A stretch of DNA of 64,000 bases from a virus (IMGVR_UViG_3300028833_000126:716-64715), one strand, 5' to 3'. Counted from the first letter of the stretch, positions 17,195-26,939 are shown. Numbers and translations: made by a program. The notes: a model not told the origin generated them from the sequence alone.

Positions 17195-17544
17195 TTCGAT
17201 TCTCCTTTCAATACTTTCTCATGCTTTTCCTGAGCTTTTTCAGCTTTGTCGAATGACCACTTAAATTTTCTATATGCCCACCACATTTGTATCTTCGACC
17301 TCCACAACCAGAGTCGTAATTTGATCCTTGTCCACAGCGTCAGTTTGCCAGTAAACGTAACTTCATCCGGCTTGAGCAGGGAGAATGTCATTTTAGCTCG
17401 GTCTTCTATCGCTTCTGGCTTCGTATTAATGGCGTTCTCAATTAACCTAATGCCATCAAGTGTTCCGAGAAACTCCTTATTGCCGTCCTTGTCAACGGAG
17501 CAAACCGTAAATGAGCCTATCTGTGTAATGCCGTTCGAGCCCAT
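17173..17544 (-). CDS. hypothetical protein
   Basis: 123-aa ORF. Confidence 0.45.
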   Translation of the reverse strand: MGSNGITQIGSFTVCSVDKDGNKEFLGTLDGIRLIENAINTKPEAIEDRAKMTFSLLKPDEVTFTGKLTLWTRIKLRLWLWRSKIQMWWAYRKFKWSFDKAEKAQEKHEKVLKGESKWIRNLR

Positions 17545-17559
17545 TATAAGTCACTCTCC

Positions 17560-18171
17560 TTATGAATTGAGATAGTAGCCAAGACTCTTCAAGCAGTCAT
17601 ACCAGCCAGTTTTCCAAATATCAATCTCATGCCCTTTGCGATCCAGCACGTCCTTCATTTCTTTGAGCTCGTCTTTCATCGCTTGGGTCTCGTTTTTGAG
17701 TTTCTCATTCTCTTCCTCGAGCGCCTTATAGTATCCGCAGCTTAATGCGTCGTGACTCTTTTTCTCGAAATCTTCCGGGTTGAAAAACTCTTTTATCGCA
17801 TTATCATCCTCTCTGCATTTCATATATTTTGCCGTGAAATCAAATGCCTCTGTGATAATATCTTTCGGCACGTTAAACTCCTTCTTGAGAAAAGCCTTGG
17901 GATCTTTCGGGGAGTAAACTCGACGCATGTTTGCCATCATATACTTTTCAGGAGCCCAAATTTGAGTCGTATAATTGCATCCTTCACAGTTCTCAATGGT
18001 CAGTAAATAAATGTTCTTTGTTGCACCGGTTTCTTTGTCATACTCGTGACGTCGTTCAATATCGTGACGTCGTTCAATAACCGTAATCATCTCCCCTTTG
18101 CTGCGAATATACTTGAGTTGATCTCCAAGATTATATACAAACGGTGTTTCCCTTTTATTGTCTTCCATCAC
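17560..18171 (-). CDS. hypothetical protein
   Basis: 203 aa; contains the 18-bp tandem duplication TCGTGACGTCGTTCAATA x2 at 18041-18076, encoding IERRHDIERRHE. Confidence 0.5.
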   Translation of the reverse strand: MMEDNKRETPFVYNLGDQLKYIRSKGEMITVIERRHDIERRHEYDKETGATKNIYLLTIENCEGCNYTTQIWAPEKYMMANMRRVYSPKDPKAFLKKEFNVPKDIITEAFDFTAKYMKCREDDNAIKEFFNPEDFEKKSHDALSCGYYKALEEENEKLKNETQAMKDELKEMKDVLDRKGHEIDIWKTGWYDCLKSLGYYLNS

Positions 18172-18914
18172 TTTTCTCCTTTAAACAGATAGTCTTCATT
18201 TCCAAAATCGATATGCCGAATGAGTTTGCAGGTGTCAAAAATATAATTTTTATCCTTATTGGTAACTCGATACTCATAGCCCGGCGTCTCTTCTTTATCG
18301 AAATGCACCACTTGAATATACTGACGATTCGTGTAACTCTTCTCCAAGGTCATGAAATATGTGTCCTCGATCACATCGTGAAACACGTCTCCTGCAAAGA
18401 AGTGATTGACCTTTGCATTACAATATTCATGCGGTTCATTTCCTTTCTTGACCGCTTTTTCTTTTCTATCTGTTTCTTCCTGCACCTTGGCGAAGAACTC
18501 CTTGAGATCGAACCATTTGTCTTTCGTGATGTTGCCGATTTTCGTAATAGTTCCGCCCCAACCGTCATTCAATACGCATCGGACATATTTGCCTTCAAGG
18601 TCTTCCCATTTGTCAACGCCGACCGTGTTCATGATCCGCATCATTGCTTCAAGTCCGGCTCCGGAACCTTTGAAGAAGTCGTCGTCAGCGTCCAAATATC
18701 CATTCCCGATGACATAGCCGCCAATACTGCATCCCCATCCACCACCTTGAACGGTAATCCAGAATGTCAGCACTCCATGATCAGCCATGGTAATTGAGGT
18801 GCTTGTGATCTTTGCATTCAGAATCTCAGTTTCCATCTTTGTCCTCTCTCCCTTTGTAATACATCTCGAAGCTTGAGGTCCAGCCGCTGTTGTTTTCTGT
18901 TTTGAGAACTCCAT
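18168..18914 (-). CDS. hypothetical protein
   Basis: 248-aa ORF. Confidence 0.5.
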   Translation of the reverse strand: MEFSKQKTTAAGPQASRCITKGERTKMETEILNAKITSTSITMADHGVLTFWITVQGGGWGCSIGGYVIGNGYLDADDDFFKGSGAGLEAMMRIMNTVGVDKWEDLEGKYVRCVLNDGWGGTITKIGNITKDKWFDLKEFFAKVQEETDRKEKAVKKGNEPHEYCNAKVNHFFAGDVFHDVIEDTYFMTLEKSYTNRQYIQVVHFDKEETPGYEYRVTNKDKNYIFDTCKLIRHIDFGNEDYLFKGEK

Positions 18915-19239
18915 TGCAGAACAATCTCAAATATCCACACGGCAGACAGTCGATTTTCCATCCAATGACCGGTCTATGGGTCGGAATAGGTTTTCCGCCG
19001 TAGTCACCATATCCGCCGATACCATCGATATGCAGAATATCAGCAACATCTTTGGACAGCCAGCAGATAGGATGGCAGTCTTTGTCTACGGCAACGAAGC
19101 CCATGATGCGATAACCGCTATCATGCAACTCACGCTGAGGGACGATCACAATAGAATGAAACTCGAGATCTTCATTGCCAGTAGGCTTCACCGGCACCTC
19201 GTAGAATTCCCTCTTTTTCATTTCCTGCACAGTTTTCAT
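18826..19239 (-). CDS. hypothetical protein
   Basis: 137-aa ORF. Confidence 0.45.
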   Translation of the reverse strand: MKTVQEMKKREFYEVPVKPTGNEDLEFHSIVIVPQRELHDSGYRIMGFVAVDKDCHPICWLSKDVADILHIDGIGGYGDYGGKPIPTHRPVIGWKIDCLPCGYLRLFCNGVLKTENNSGWTSSFEMYYKGREDKDGN

Positions 19240-19281
19240 TTACATTTTCTCCTTTCAGTCTCTTTTCTTATTTTACGTTCT

Positions 19282-19551
19282 TCAGAGCAATATATGCCGA
19301 ATCTCTTCTTCACATACCATATTGAATCGATCACCGAGATAGTCGCCAAGATCGTAAGTATCAAGGTAATTAAAGAGATTACCATCATAATCTTCAGGTA
19401 GAATCGCTAGAATTACGTTTTTAAACTCCTCCTCGACTCGATCGGTGTAATCCCAAATATCTTCACCTCTCTCGGGCTTTGGCAAATCGAGCGAATCAAG
19501 AAGCTTCTTGTTTTCTTCAATTTTCTTATAGTACTCAGTCTCACTCATCAT
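19282..19551 (-). CDS. hypothetical protein
   Basis: Trimmed to MMSETEYY preceded by GAAAGGAGAAATAAAA. Confidence 0.45.
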   Translation of the reverse strand: MMSETEYYKKIEENKKLLDSLDLPKPERGEDIWDYTDRVEEEFKNVILAILPEDYDGNLFNYLDTYDLGDYLGDRFNMVCEEEIRHILL

Positions 19552-19596
19552 TTTTATTTCTCCTTTCAATTTCTTAGAAAATATCAAAAAGAGAAA

Positions 19597-19616
19597 GAGG
19601 CTATGTTTCAAGCCTC
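19597..19616 (-). terminator. hairpin terminator (GAGGCT-ATGTTTCA-AGCCTC)
   Basis: Followed on the minus strand by TTTCTCTTTTTGATATTTTC. Confidence 0.5.
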
Positions 19617-19663
19617 GATCTCTTTTCTTGTTTTACATTTTTTTTTCGGATCAATTTACGAAC

Positions 19664-19771
19664 TTATTCAGCGCTCTTTTTCCCGTTAGGATAGACTTCG
19701 CCGTAGCCCCTCTCTGCAAATTCTCCGACAATATCATCAGGAATGTCCGCATTCAGACCGAGCTCATCCAT
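19664..19771 (-). CDS. possible 35-aa acidic peptide
   Basis: MDELGLNADIPDDIVGEFAERGYGEVYPNGKKSAE in an otherwise ORF-free 190-nt gap; weak RBS. Confidence 0.25.
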   Translation of the reverse strand: MDELGLNADIPDDIVGEFAERGYGEVYPNGKKSAE

Positions 19772-19812
19772 GATCACGGACAATCTCGTGACGTCTTCCC
19801 AATTATGTCATA

Positions 19813-19995
19813 TTAAGAATAATTTACCATTAGTGCAACGCCAATCATGATAAGAATGAGACAGCCAATGTTGACGTAATACGTAGGATCAAAGTCTTTA
19901 CCGAGCCCAGAGCCGCAAATAATACAAGACCCAATACATCCTATAGCCATCATAATGAAGCCGACAACCGCTCCAAGTTGAACTGTAATATCCAT
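19813..19995 (-). CDS. small membrane protein
   Basis: 60 aa, two TM helices, Cys-rich. Confidence 0.4.
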   Translation of the reverse strand: MDITVQLGAVVGFIMMAIGCIGSCIICGSGLGKDFDPTYYVNIGCLILIMIGVALMVNYS

Positions 19996-20729
19996 TATTT
20001 CTCACTCACCTTATTGCATCCTCCCCATGCCCAATCCGGATAAGAGAGTACACCATTCTCATCCAGATCGAACATAGAGAAGTCCTGATAGTTATTTATC
20101 GAATAATAAGACGCGCCAATCTGATATGCTGGTGTTGACCATGTAGAACTGTGATACCATCCACTTCGATAGTTCTGCACTCTGAAGTCGGACAAATATC
20201 CATTCCACCAAACGTCCCACCAGATAGCACGCACAAGATCAGTTGGCTCTGCATCCGGTGTCCAGAGTCTCGTATTTGTTTCGAGGAATCCATGACTATG
20301 AGTTACACCCCACAAGCTTGTTCCCCAGTCATCGTAACCGCCAACGACCTGACAGTAGAGCAGCCGCTTCAAGTCTACTTCAACGTGAGCCCGAATATCT
20401 GCCTCACTTTCTCCACCGGCCTCAAGCATGATCTTGCGGATAGCCTCTTCAATTTCCCATCCAGTTGCTGTTGCTCCATGCGAGTCTGTATAGATCTCAT
20501 CACTGGTTACAACCGGCAATGTAACGACGTGTCCATTCTCGAGGATCACATCGCCATATTCGTTGTAGACAGGTTCCACAGCTTCGGCATGAGCTCCTTC
20601 TACGATCATCGTGCAGAAGAGCCAGAATCCAACCGCGAAGAAGAATACCATGAGACCAAGCTCGAAAATATCCTGTATAAGGTTGATTACGGAATGCTTT
20701 GTTCTGTTGAGTTTGTGAATGTTCATCAT
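19995..20729 (-). CDS. membrane-anchored extracellular protein, possibly a SleB-like cell-wall hydrolase (tentative)
   Basis: N-terminal TM; SHGATATGWEIEEAIRKIMLEAGGESEADIRAHVEVDLKRL loosely resembles the SleB/Hydrolase_2 motif; Trp/Tyr-rich C-terminus. Confidence 0.35.
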   Translation of the reverse strand: MMNIHKLNRTKHSVINLIQDIFELGLMVFFFAVGFWLFCTMIVEGAHAEAVEPVYNEYGDVILENGHVVTLPVVTSDEIYTDSHGATATGWEIEEAIRKIMLEAGGESEADIRAHVEVDLKRLLYCQVVGGYDDWGTSLWGVTHSHGFLETNTRLWTPDAEPTDLVRAIWWDVWWNGYLSDFRVQNYRSGWYHSSTWSTPAYQIGASYYSINNYQDFSMFDLDENGVLSYPDWAWGGCNKVSEK

Positions 20730-20749
20730 TTGTGAATTCCTCCATTTTT

Positions 20750-20992
20750 TTACTCTTTATGACTATTGATTGAACCGTTTATAAGTCCTGCGATCCCGGC
20801 AAGCAGTGTCGATAATGTCCCGACAGCATACGGAACGGCGACAGGAATGAATGCTTTCCAGATCGGAATATCAATCACCCCGCAAAGTCTCAGCGTGAAG
20901 AGAATCAAAGAGACCGCAGCAAGGAAGTCAACGACTCTATCTCCAAACGGTCTCTTGATGTATTTAGTGTTTTTATCATTCTGATTAGACAT
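20750..20992 (-). CDS. membrane protein
   Basis: Trimmed to MSNQNDKN; two TM helices. Confidence 0.45.
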   Translation of the reverse strand: MSNQNDKNTKYIKRPFGDRVVDFLAAVSLILFTLRLCGVIDIPIWKAFIPVAVPYAVGTLSTLLAGIAGLINGSINSHKE

Positions 20993-21326
20993 GTGCATTC
21001 CCTCTCTCAAGCCGATCATTCCAGCGTTTGATCTTCGCTTCGGCAATTGTCTCGATTCTGTCGTAAATATCATAATCGACAGAGTCTTTGAGATCCTGCA
21101 TCAGAGCATCAGCTGCGACTGTTACGTCGGAATACTCCTCAATAACAGAGTTGATGGCTTCTTCTTCTGTAATTGTACAGGGATTGCCGTTGCCTTCTGC
21201 TCTCACAAGTTTCAGACAAGCCTTAGCGAGCTCATTGCACTCTTCCGAGAGCTGCTCCAGTCTTGCCCGACGTTCGAGCTTCTTGTAAATATCATTGATC
21301 GTCTTGTCATGCATTTCTGTATCCAT
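20985..21326 (-). CDS. MazG-like nucleotide pyrophosphohydrolase (tentative)
   Basis: 113 aa all-helical; EECNELAKACLK and EEYSDVTVAADALM resemble the paired ExxE/ExxD metal-binding motifs of the MazG/HisE family. Confidence 0.4.
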   Translation of the reverse strand: MDTEMHDKTINDIYKKLERRARLEQLSEECNELAKACLKLVRAEGNGNPCTITEEEAINSVIEEYSDVTVAADALMQDLKDSVDYDIYDRIETIAEAKIKRWNDRLERGNAHV

Positions 21327-21331
21327 ATAGG

Positions 21332-21679
21332 TTATTCCTCCTTGTGGTTTATAATGTTTTTATCAATCCGTCCATTAAGTGTAATCTCAATTCTGGGGTC
21401 AAGACACACATGGATAGGCAGGTTGTCTGCATAGAGCGTTTCTTCATCGTATGACTGCGTTATGCTCGACACGATGCCTTTGAAGGGGATTAATATGACC
21501 AGATCTTTGTCCTTTACGGCCTTGAATACAATTTCGACTTCATTTGGTCTAAAAATATCATCGAGATTGAACAGCTCTACTTCATTTGCATAACGGACTT
21601 TTGTGTTGCAGTATTCACAATATCCATCCGCTCGTAACGGAGCTCCACAGTTCGGACAATTTGTTAGAAGTCTATTCAT
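21332..21679 (-). CDS. zinc-ribbon protein
   Basis: N-terminal CPNCGAPLRADGYCEYCN. Confidence 0.45.
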   Translation of the reverse strand: MNRLLTNCPNCGAPLRADGYCEYCNTKVRYANEVELFNLDDIFRPNEVEIVFKAVKDKDLVILIPFKGIVSSITQSYDEETLYADNLPIHVCLDPRIEITLNGRIDKNIINHKEE

Positions 21680-22005
21680 TTATTGCCTCCCAACATCTCT
21701 TGTCTAAACGTATCTTGCTCAGCCATCAATCGATCCATGCTCTCAAAGAATTCCTTCTTCATTGCTTCATAGATCACTTCTTTGATGTGCTCTCTGTTCT
21801 TGATAATGTACACTAAAATATCATTGAATAGCATAAGTTGATACTTATTCAGGCATAGATCTTCATCATTCTCAAGAACAGATTTCATTGCCAGAAGCAT
21901 TACTATACAATCGGTAGCTTTGGCTGTCACAGCATAATCGATTGTGCCTGCAAGTGCTTTGCGCTGCTTATCGTTTAATGTTTCATAAACCTCTTTGTAG
22001 TCCAT
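21676..22005 (-). CDS. hypothetical protein
   Basis: 109-aa ORF. Confidence 0.45.
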   Translation of the reverse strand: MDYKEVYETLNDKQRKALAGTIDYAVTAKATDCIVMLLAMKSVLENDEDLCLNKYQLMLFNDILVYIIKNREHIKEVIYEAMKKEFFESMDRLMAEQDTFRQEMLGGNK

Positions 22006-22014
22006 ATTGACTCC

Positions 22015-22452
22015 TTAAAGATGGCATACCAGTATCTCAATATCGAGATCGCTGAATACTTCTTTGATCATTGTGCTTACCTTATTCCAGTCGAGCCGAT
22101 CGAGTCCGCATCCAATCTTCGGCATTGCGAGATAGTGAATATCAAGTTTCTTGCATTGGTCTCGCATGTCTTCCAGAGCAGAATGTAAAGACTCGTAAGT
22201 CGGCTTGTCGTAATGATGTACTTTTGTGACTAAGTTGAAGGTACGTCCAACAAGAAGAGCTTTACCAATATACTTAGATTCTTCCCCTTTTTGAATCGGA
22301 TAGAGCTGCATAAGCCAATATTTCATATCCATCTTATCATCAAACTCTCTCGCGATCCCAGCCCCAAGAGTATAAGCACCGTTGATGCAATGCGCAAGAT
22401 GATAGAAAGCAGGGACCTCAAATAGATCTTTTTTAACTTCTTGATAAGTCAT
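22015..22452 (-). CDS. macro-domain protein (ADP-ribose binding/hydrolase)
   Basis: HCINGAYTLGAGIAREF (compare NAAN..L.GGGV.GAI) and LAMPKIGCGLDRLDW (compare AFPAISTGIYGYP) match the two macro-domain signature regions. Confidence 0.5.
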   Translation of the reverse strand: MTYQEVKKDLFEVPAFYHLAHCINGAYTLGAGIAREFDDKMDMKYWLMQLYPIQKGEESKYIGKALLVGRTFNLVTKVHHYDKPTYESLHSALEDMRDQCKKLDIHYLAMPKIGCGLDRLDWNKVSTMIKEVFSDLDIEILVCHL

Positions 22453-22459
22453 AACATCC

Positions 22460-22699
22460 TCACAGTTTGTCTAGCTCAGAAATATCAATATGTCCGATCT
22501 TTTTATATCTCTGACTAAGCTCGCTTTTCGTAAAAGTAATTTGAGTTGTACTGTAAGTCCACCATGCTGATCCTTCAGACCATCCGGTATTATACAAGCA
22601 GAGTGCATCAGTCGCTTCTTCATTATCATTGTAAATCTGAACAATTAGCACGGTATAGGGATTGCAGGGAATGTCCCAAATATCACCGACTTCAGGCAT
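22460..22699 (-). CDS. hypothetical protein
   Basis: 79-aa ORF. Confidence 0.4.
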   Translation of the reverse strand: MPEVGDIWDIPCNPYTVLIVQIYNDNEEATDALCLYNTGWSEGSAWWTYSTTQITFTKSELSQRYKKIGHIDISELDKL

Positions 22700-23459
22700 C
22701 TTTTTCTTCCCCCGTAATAATCCAGCTCTCCGGCAAACTCTCGATCCAGTCGCAGAAGGTGTGCCACTCGTCCAACTTGTGAGCCTTTCTTGCCGGATAG
22801 ATGTTTGCCAACACTTCGTAGTTCAGCATGACCGTCCGCTTCTGGTTGTAGGAGCTCGGGAGGAGCTGGATCATCTGCCACCAGTAACGCTTGTCTTTGG
22901 TTTCCAAATATAATTTGCGATACTTATTCAGCATCTTGATGAGCTCCCACATAAGCATCTTGGGACAAATTCCCAGATCTTTTTCTGCAAACGGGAGATC
23001 GGTGAAGCAAGCGTGCTCGTCATCCTGCTGATCAAATAAGTGATCAAAGGAGAAGTCCTCCATATCGAATCCCTTCGCCTGAATCTTATGCATTGTCGAA
23101 CAGGAGTTGGCAACGGTCCCGACTTTGTATGTATCATACTCCTTCCACCAATAGAGTGGAGCAATCAGGTCGGCATACACTACGATCATCCTCCGGTACT
23201 TCGCATGATCTTTCCCGGCAGAAGCAAGACGCTTCATCAGGTCTTTGTCGGCTGCTCCAATGAGTGTTGGACGCGGATAATCGTCATAATGATCAGAGGT
23301 ATTTTCGTCCGAGTAGCTTTCCTTACAAATATCATGATAACCGACATCATCCTCGAATCTACTGTCCGAATTCTGCCAGGAATTCATGGGATTTCTCATT
23401 CCCCTGATAGCGTCCTCGAATCCAAAGACCCTTGTGTTTTCAATTACCAGCATTGTCAT
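22692..23459 (-). CDS. hypothetical protein
   Basis: 255 aa, Trp/Tyr-rich, no motif recognised. Confidence 0.5.
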   Translation of the reverse strand: MTMLVIENTRVFGFEDAIRGMRNPMNSWQNSDSRFEDDVGYHDICKESYSDENTSDHYDDYPRPTLIGAADKDLMKRLASAGKDHAKYRRMIVVYADLIAPLYWWKEYDTYKVGTVANSCSTMHKIQAKGFDMEDFSFDHLFDQQDDEHACFTDLPFAEKDLGICPKMLMWELIKMLNKYRKLYLETKDKRYWWQMIQLLPSSYNQKRTVMLNYEVLANIYPARKAHKLDEWHTFCDWIESLPESWIITGEEKDA

Positions 23460-23883
23460 TTTCTCCTTTCAGTATCTGCTTAATAATTTGTTTATCGAGC
23501 CTGTCTTTTCTCGGCTGAGCTTTATTGATGGCGCAGACCATATCACAGAGGTCGTAATTCACCTGCTCGCTCTTGCCATAGGTATACTGTCGCCCAACGA
23601 CTTTCCACTTCTCGATAATATAAACCCCATTGTCGCAGTATTTCAAAGGGAGCTTGCTGAGCATATCGATTCCAATGGACAAGTCTCCTCCAAAGTAGTT
23701 CCCGATGATCTGGCAGAGTCTTGCCCATCCATAGCCATCCTCTTCCGGCGGTCTGAATCCACGAAGCTCGCAGTATTTCAGAAAAGCAGATACACTATCA
23801 TACCCGCCGTTCCAATGGATATAAACCCCAATTCCGTTATTATCGAAATCCTTCTGAGTAGTGATGATCGCACGGTTACCCAT
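23440..23883 (-). CDS. hypothetical protein
   Basis: Trimmed to MGNRAIITT preceded by TTGATATTTGAAAGGAGAATAAGT. Confidence 0.5.
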   Translation of the reverse strand: MGNRAIITTQKDFDNNGIGVYIHWNGGYDSVSAFLKYCELRGFRPPEEDGYGWARLCQIIGNYFGGDLSIGIDMLSKLPLKYCDNGVYIIEKWKVVGRQYTYGKSEQVNYDLCDMVCAINKAQPRKDRLDKQIIKQILKGENDNAGN

Positions 23884-23917
23884 ACTTATTCTCCTTTCAA
23901 ATATCAATCATGCAAAT

Positions 23918-24187
23918 TTACTGATTCACAAGAACTACATTTGATGAGTGAGTTAAATAGATCTTTCCTTCAACTTTTACTTGAACCATATCAGAGTTTT
24001 CAAAGTCGAGCCAACTGTCAACCTTTCCTTCAACCAGTTTCTCTCCTCCGATGTAAATATAACAATAATTGAAGTTCCATGTGGCATCATAGAATTCGCG
24101 ATTATATCCCGGGCTAGCCCCTCCGCATGATGCAATAGTGACTAAAAGGACAAGCATCACCATAATCAGGCAAATAAACCTCTTCAT
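23918..24187 (-). CDS. lipoprotein
   Basis: Signal peptide MKRFICLIMVMLVLLVTIASCGG with a lipobox Cys. Confidence 0.5.
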   Translation of the reverse strand: MKRFICLIMVMLVLLVTIASCGGASPGYNREFYDATWNFNYCYIYIGGEKLVEGKVDSWLDFENSDMVQVKVEGKIYLTHSSNVVLVNQ

Positions 24188-24202
24188 ATCTTCTTTCTCC
24201 TT

Positions 24203-24505
24203 TCAAATATCCGTATCGAATTGATCTCTCCTGATGTAAGAGATTGTGCGAGAATTGTCAAGCTTGAACTCGATCCATTTTTTGATGTCTTCAGGATTGC
24301 TTAACGTATAGTCTCCATCATAATACGTCATGCAGCGGTCATCACTGGCGTCGAACAGGATAGTAGTGCCATCTTTAAGATTAATGGAACCGGTTTCGTC
24401 GCCGGAGAGTATGCGAATATCAATTGAGACAATGTCGTCGATGCTCTCTGCCGGCACGTCAACGAATTTCGGTTTATTGTTCCAGTCATAAACAGTGATT
24501 ACCAT
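24203..24505 (-). CDS. hypothetical protein
   Basis: 100-aa ORF. Confidence 0.45.
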   Translation of the reverse strand: MVITVYDWNNKPKFVDVPAESIDDIVSIDIRILSGDETGSINLKDGTTILFDASDDRCMTYYDGDYTLSNPEDIKKWIEFKLDNSRTISYIRRDQFDTDI

Positions 24506-24507
24506 CG

Positions 24508-24942
24508 TTATTTCTCCTTTTTATCCACTTGCAGCGGAATATCTGCATAAAGTCTCAGACTCTGATAGCTTTGTCTTCTCAGTTCTTTAACACTTTCTCT
24601 TAGATTGACTCGTACCGTTGCGTCGATCGGTTCGCCATTCTCGATCTTATCAAGAAGCGAATCAGTTAAGTCGCAAAATATAATGCTTTGCTCAAGATCA
24701 TCACTCAGGCAGTCAATTACGTTTTCGTTAAATTTTTTTCGATCATCAATGTGAGCATTATACTTAGTTGTAAGCTCATTATACTTATCAATCAGCTTAT
24801 TATAGTCGTCTCCAAGCTCAGAATATCTTTTCTCAAGAGCTCTTCTATAGATAATTAAGCAAATACTACCTATGGCACATGCCGCATTACAAGCAAGCAT
24901 TAAGATAGCTTCTTTTTTACTAAATATAATTCTCTCTTTCAT
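24508..24942 (-). CDS. membrane-anchored coiled-coil protein
   Basis: N-terminal TM then a helical region. Confidence 0.45.
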   Translation of the reverse strand: MKERIIFSKKEAILMLACNAACAIGSICLIIYRRALEKRYSELGDDYNKLIDKYNELTTKYNAHIDDRKKFNENVIDCLSDDLEQSIIFCDLTDSLLDKIENGEPIDATVRVNLRESVKELRRQSYQSLRLYADIPLQVDKKEK

Positions 24943-25349
24943 TACTTGAAATCCTCCTTATCAAGAGGCTCTACAGCGTATTTGCCAATAAACTGATAGT
25001 AGTCAGATGGCCTGAATTTGAACTTTGCCGTGTTTGAATATTGATCCTTGTGTGAGAAGACCAAATATCCGCCTTCATGAAGTGCCTGGAACACTTTTGC
25101 TCTAGCTGCACTCATAAGCATCCCATGCCGTGCGGCATACCACTCACCTTTATTCTTGATGTACTCGCTGACTTCATCGTCCGGATCATAAAATGCGACT
25201 GATCCAAATGCCGCACCTCTGCCCCGAATATGAAGCTGCTCTTTATCCGGACATGGCTTCGGAAACCATTTCTGGAGATCAAACTCCGGGGAAATTTCAG
25301 CTTCGCCGTCGATCGTGCTCAGATAATTACTCACCTCTCTGATTTTCAT
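24942..25349 (-). CDS. hypothetical protein
   Basis: 135-aa ORF. Confidence 0.45.
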   Translation of the reverse strand: MKIREVSNYLSTIDGEAEISPEFDLQKWFPKPCPDKEQLHIRGRGAAFGSVAFYDPDDEVSEYIKNKGEWYAARHGMLMSAARAKVFQALHEGGYLVFSHKDQYSNTAKFKFRPSDYYQFIGKYAVEPLDKEDFK

Positions 25350-25374
25350 TTATTTATCCTTTCTTTTTTTTTTT

Positions 25375-25707
25375 TTACTGCACAGTATCGAAATGGATCT
25401 CTCCACATTCGATAATATTTAATTGCTTTTGAAGCTTTCGTATCTCTTCCATTAAACGGCTCATCGGTATGATTGCATCATCCAGCAGTATTTTTCTTGC
25501 AAGATCGTCATTGCGTTCTGGCATGAAAAGTTTAGAACGAACTACTTCATAATCACTGTATTCGTCTTTGGAAAACACATATTTCTTTTTGTCGTTATCG
25601 GAGATGAATACCAATGAGTCGTTTCGATATGGGTTATCCTCCATCTTCCCGGCACAGCATTCGAGTCTGTTGTTTTCATGACTGTACCAATACATATACT
25701 TTTTCAC
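25375..25707 (-). CDS. hypothetical protein
   Basis: 110-aa ORF. Confidence 0.45.
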   Translation of the reverse strand: MKKYMYWYSHENNRLECCAGKMEDNPYRNDSLVFISDNDKKKYVFSKDEYSDYEVVRSKLFMPERNDDLARKILLDDAIIPMSRLMEEIRKLQKQLNIIECGEIHFDTVQ

Positions 25708-25758
25708 TCTTATTTACTCTCCTTTCAAAAATATCAAAAGAAAGAGAAGAGACCCTGT

Positions 25759-25989
25759 TCAGGCCTCAACCCTTTCTTTGATTTCACTCTTGATCCTGTT
25801 GTATGCTTCAATGAGTTTCTCAGCACACAGAACCATGATCTCACCGAGGATCGTAGTAGTTGCGCAGAAGATGATGAGCGCTCTGTAGATAATCGTTAAT
25901 ACTCCTTTGATTACCCAGAGCACACCATTTCCTGCGTTCTTAAACTCGTCCCACAGTGCCTCAATGTCCTCTTTAATGATATCCTTCAT
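25759..25989 (-). CDS. small membrane protein
   Basis: 76 aa with a TM helix; driven by the promoter motif at 26021-26050. Confidence 0.45.
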   Translation of the reverse strand: MKDIIKEDIEALWDEFKNAGNGVLWVIKGVLTIIYRALIIFCATTTILGEIMVLCAEKLIEAYNRIKSEIKERVEA

Positions 25990-26020
25990 TGTTAAATACC
26001 TCCATGAAATTTTTGAGTGT

Positions 26021-26050
26021 TTCCATTAAGAGGCATGTATTTTTCGCGAC
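26021..26050 (-). promoter_or_regulatory. conserved promoter-like element, copy 8
   Basis: TTGTCGCGAAAAATACATGCCTCTTAATGG. Confidence 0.5.
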
Positions 26051-26062
26051 AATTGCAGAATA

Positions 26063-26584
26063 TCAGTCGATGGTTGCCTTGATCTCATCAATGATGTCGT
26101 CGAGCTTATCCTGCGTATCGTAATGACCGCAGGAATCTGCAAACCCAGAGATGCATGCCATTGCCCGGTACTTAGTCTGCTCTGTGATTCCTTCAGCTTT
26201 CAGAAGATCACGAATGCGGTAGGCCGTATCGACCATGCCGTAGTCGTCAAGTTCATCTGTCTGATCGGCATATTCATCAATCTTGCGGAGAATGTTGAAG
26301 TTCTTCTCACGAACCTCATCGAGCCGTTTGTTCTCCTGCTCAACCTTCAGCTTTTCTCTTTCAAGATCGAGCTCCTTTTCACGAATTCTCTGCTGCTCTT
26401 CACGCTCCTTAGCCTTCTGAGCACGGTATTCAGGATCATTGTACTTCTCCTGTTCGATTGCAGAAGAATATCCAGCAGCAGAGATGATCCCGAGCACAAG
26501 TGTCACAAATCCGATCACTGTTGCTGCGGCACTTCTGCGTTCACCTCTATAGAGTCGCTCAAGTTTCTTGTTGTCAGCCATTGT
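26063..26584 (-). CDS. membrane-anchored coiled-coil protein
   Basis: Trimmed to MADNKKLERL preceded by AAAAAGGAGAAAACAACA; TM then a charged coiled coil. Confidence 0.45.
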   Translation of the reverse strand, partial: TMADNKKLERLYRGERRSAAATVIGFVTLVLGIISAAGYSSAIEQEKYNDPEYRAQKAKEREEQQRIREKELDLEREKLKVEQENKRLDEVREKNFNILRKIDEYADQTDELDDYGMVDTAYRIRDLLKAEGITEQTKYRAMACISGFADSCGHYDTQDKLDDIIDEIKATID

Positions 26585-26939
26585 TGTTTTCTCCTTTTTC
26601 TTTTCTGTATTTTTCTTGTGCAGCCACTCCAAAGAGCAGCTCCCATTCTTTTGCGATATCAGATCCGTCCTCTGCAACATTTGTATCAATTGTTAGAACA
26701 GATGACGCAGAGTTTCCACGAGGCAGCGTTTGTTTCTTCGGCTTCGGAATATCAAACGCAAGAGCCTCTTTCGGCATCTCTCCGATCTCCATGAGCTCTC
26801 CATCCACTAAGATGTGGTGGTCACGGAACTCTTGCTCTCTGAGCTTGAACGTGACAAATGCATCGAGATCTCCGAGTTGGCCTTTTAATTGATCAAGCGC
26901 CTCTTGTATTTCAGCTTCGAAAATATCATCGTCGTCCAT
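26574..26939 (-). CDS. hypothetical acidic protein
   Basis: Trimmed to MDDDDIFEAE with a GAGG RBS. Confidence 0.4.
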   Translation of the reverse strand: MDDDDIFEAEIQEALDQLKGQLGDLDAFVTFKLREQEFRDHHILVDGELMEIGEMPKEALAFDIPKPKKQTLPRGNSASSVLTIDTNVAEDGSDIAKEWELLFGVAAQEKYRKEKGENNNG

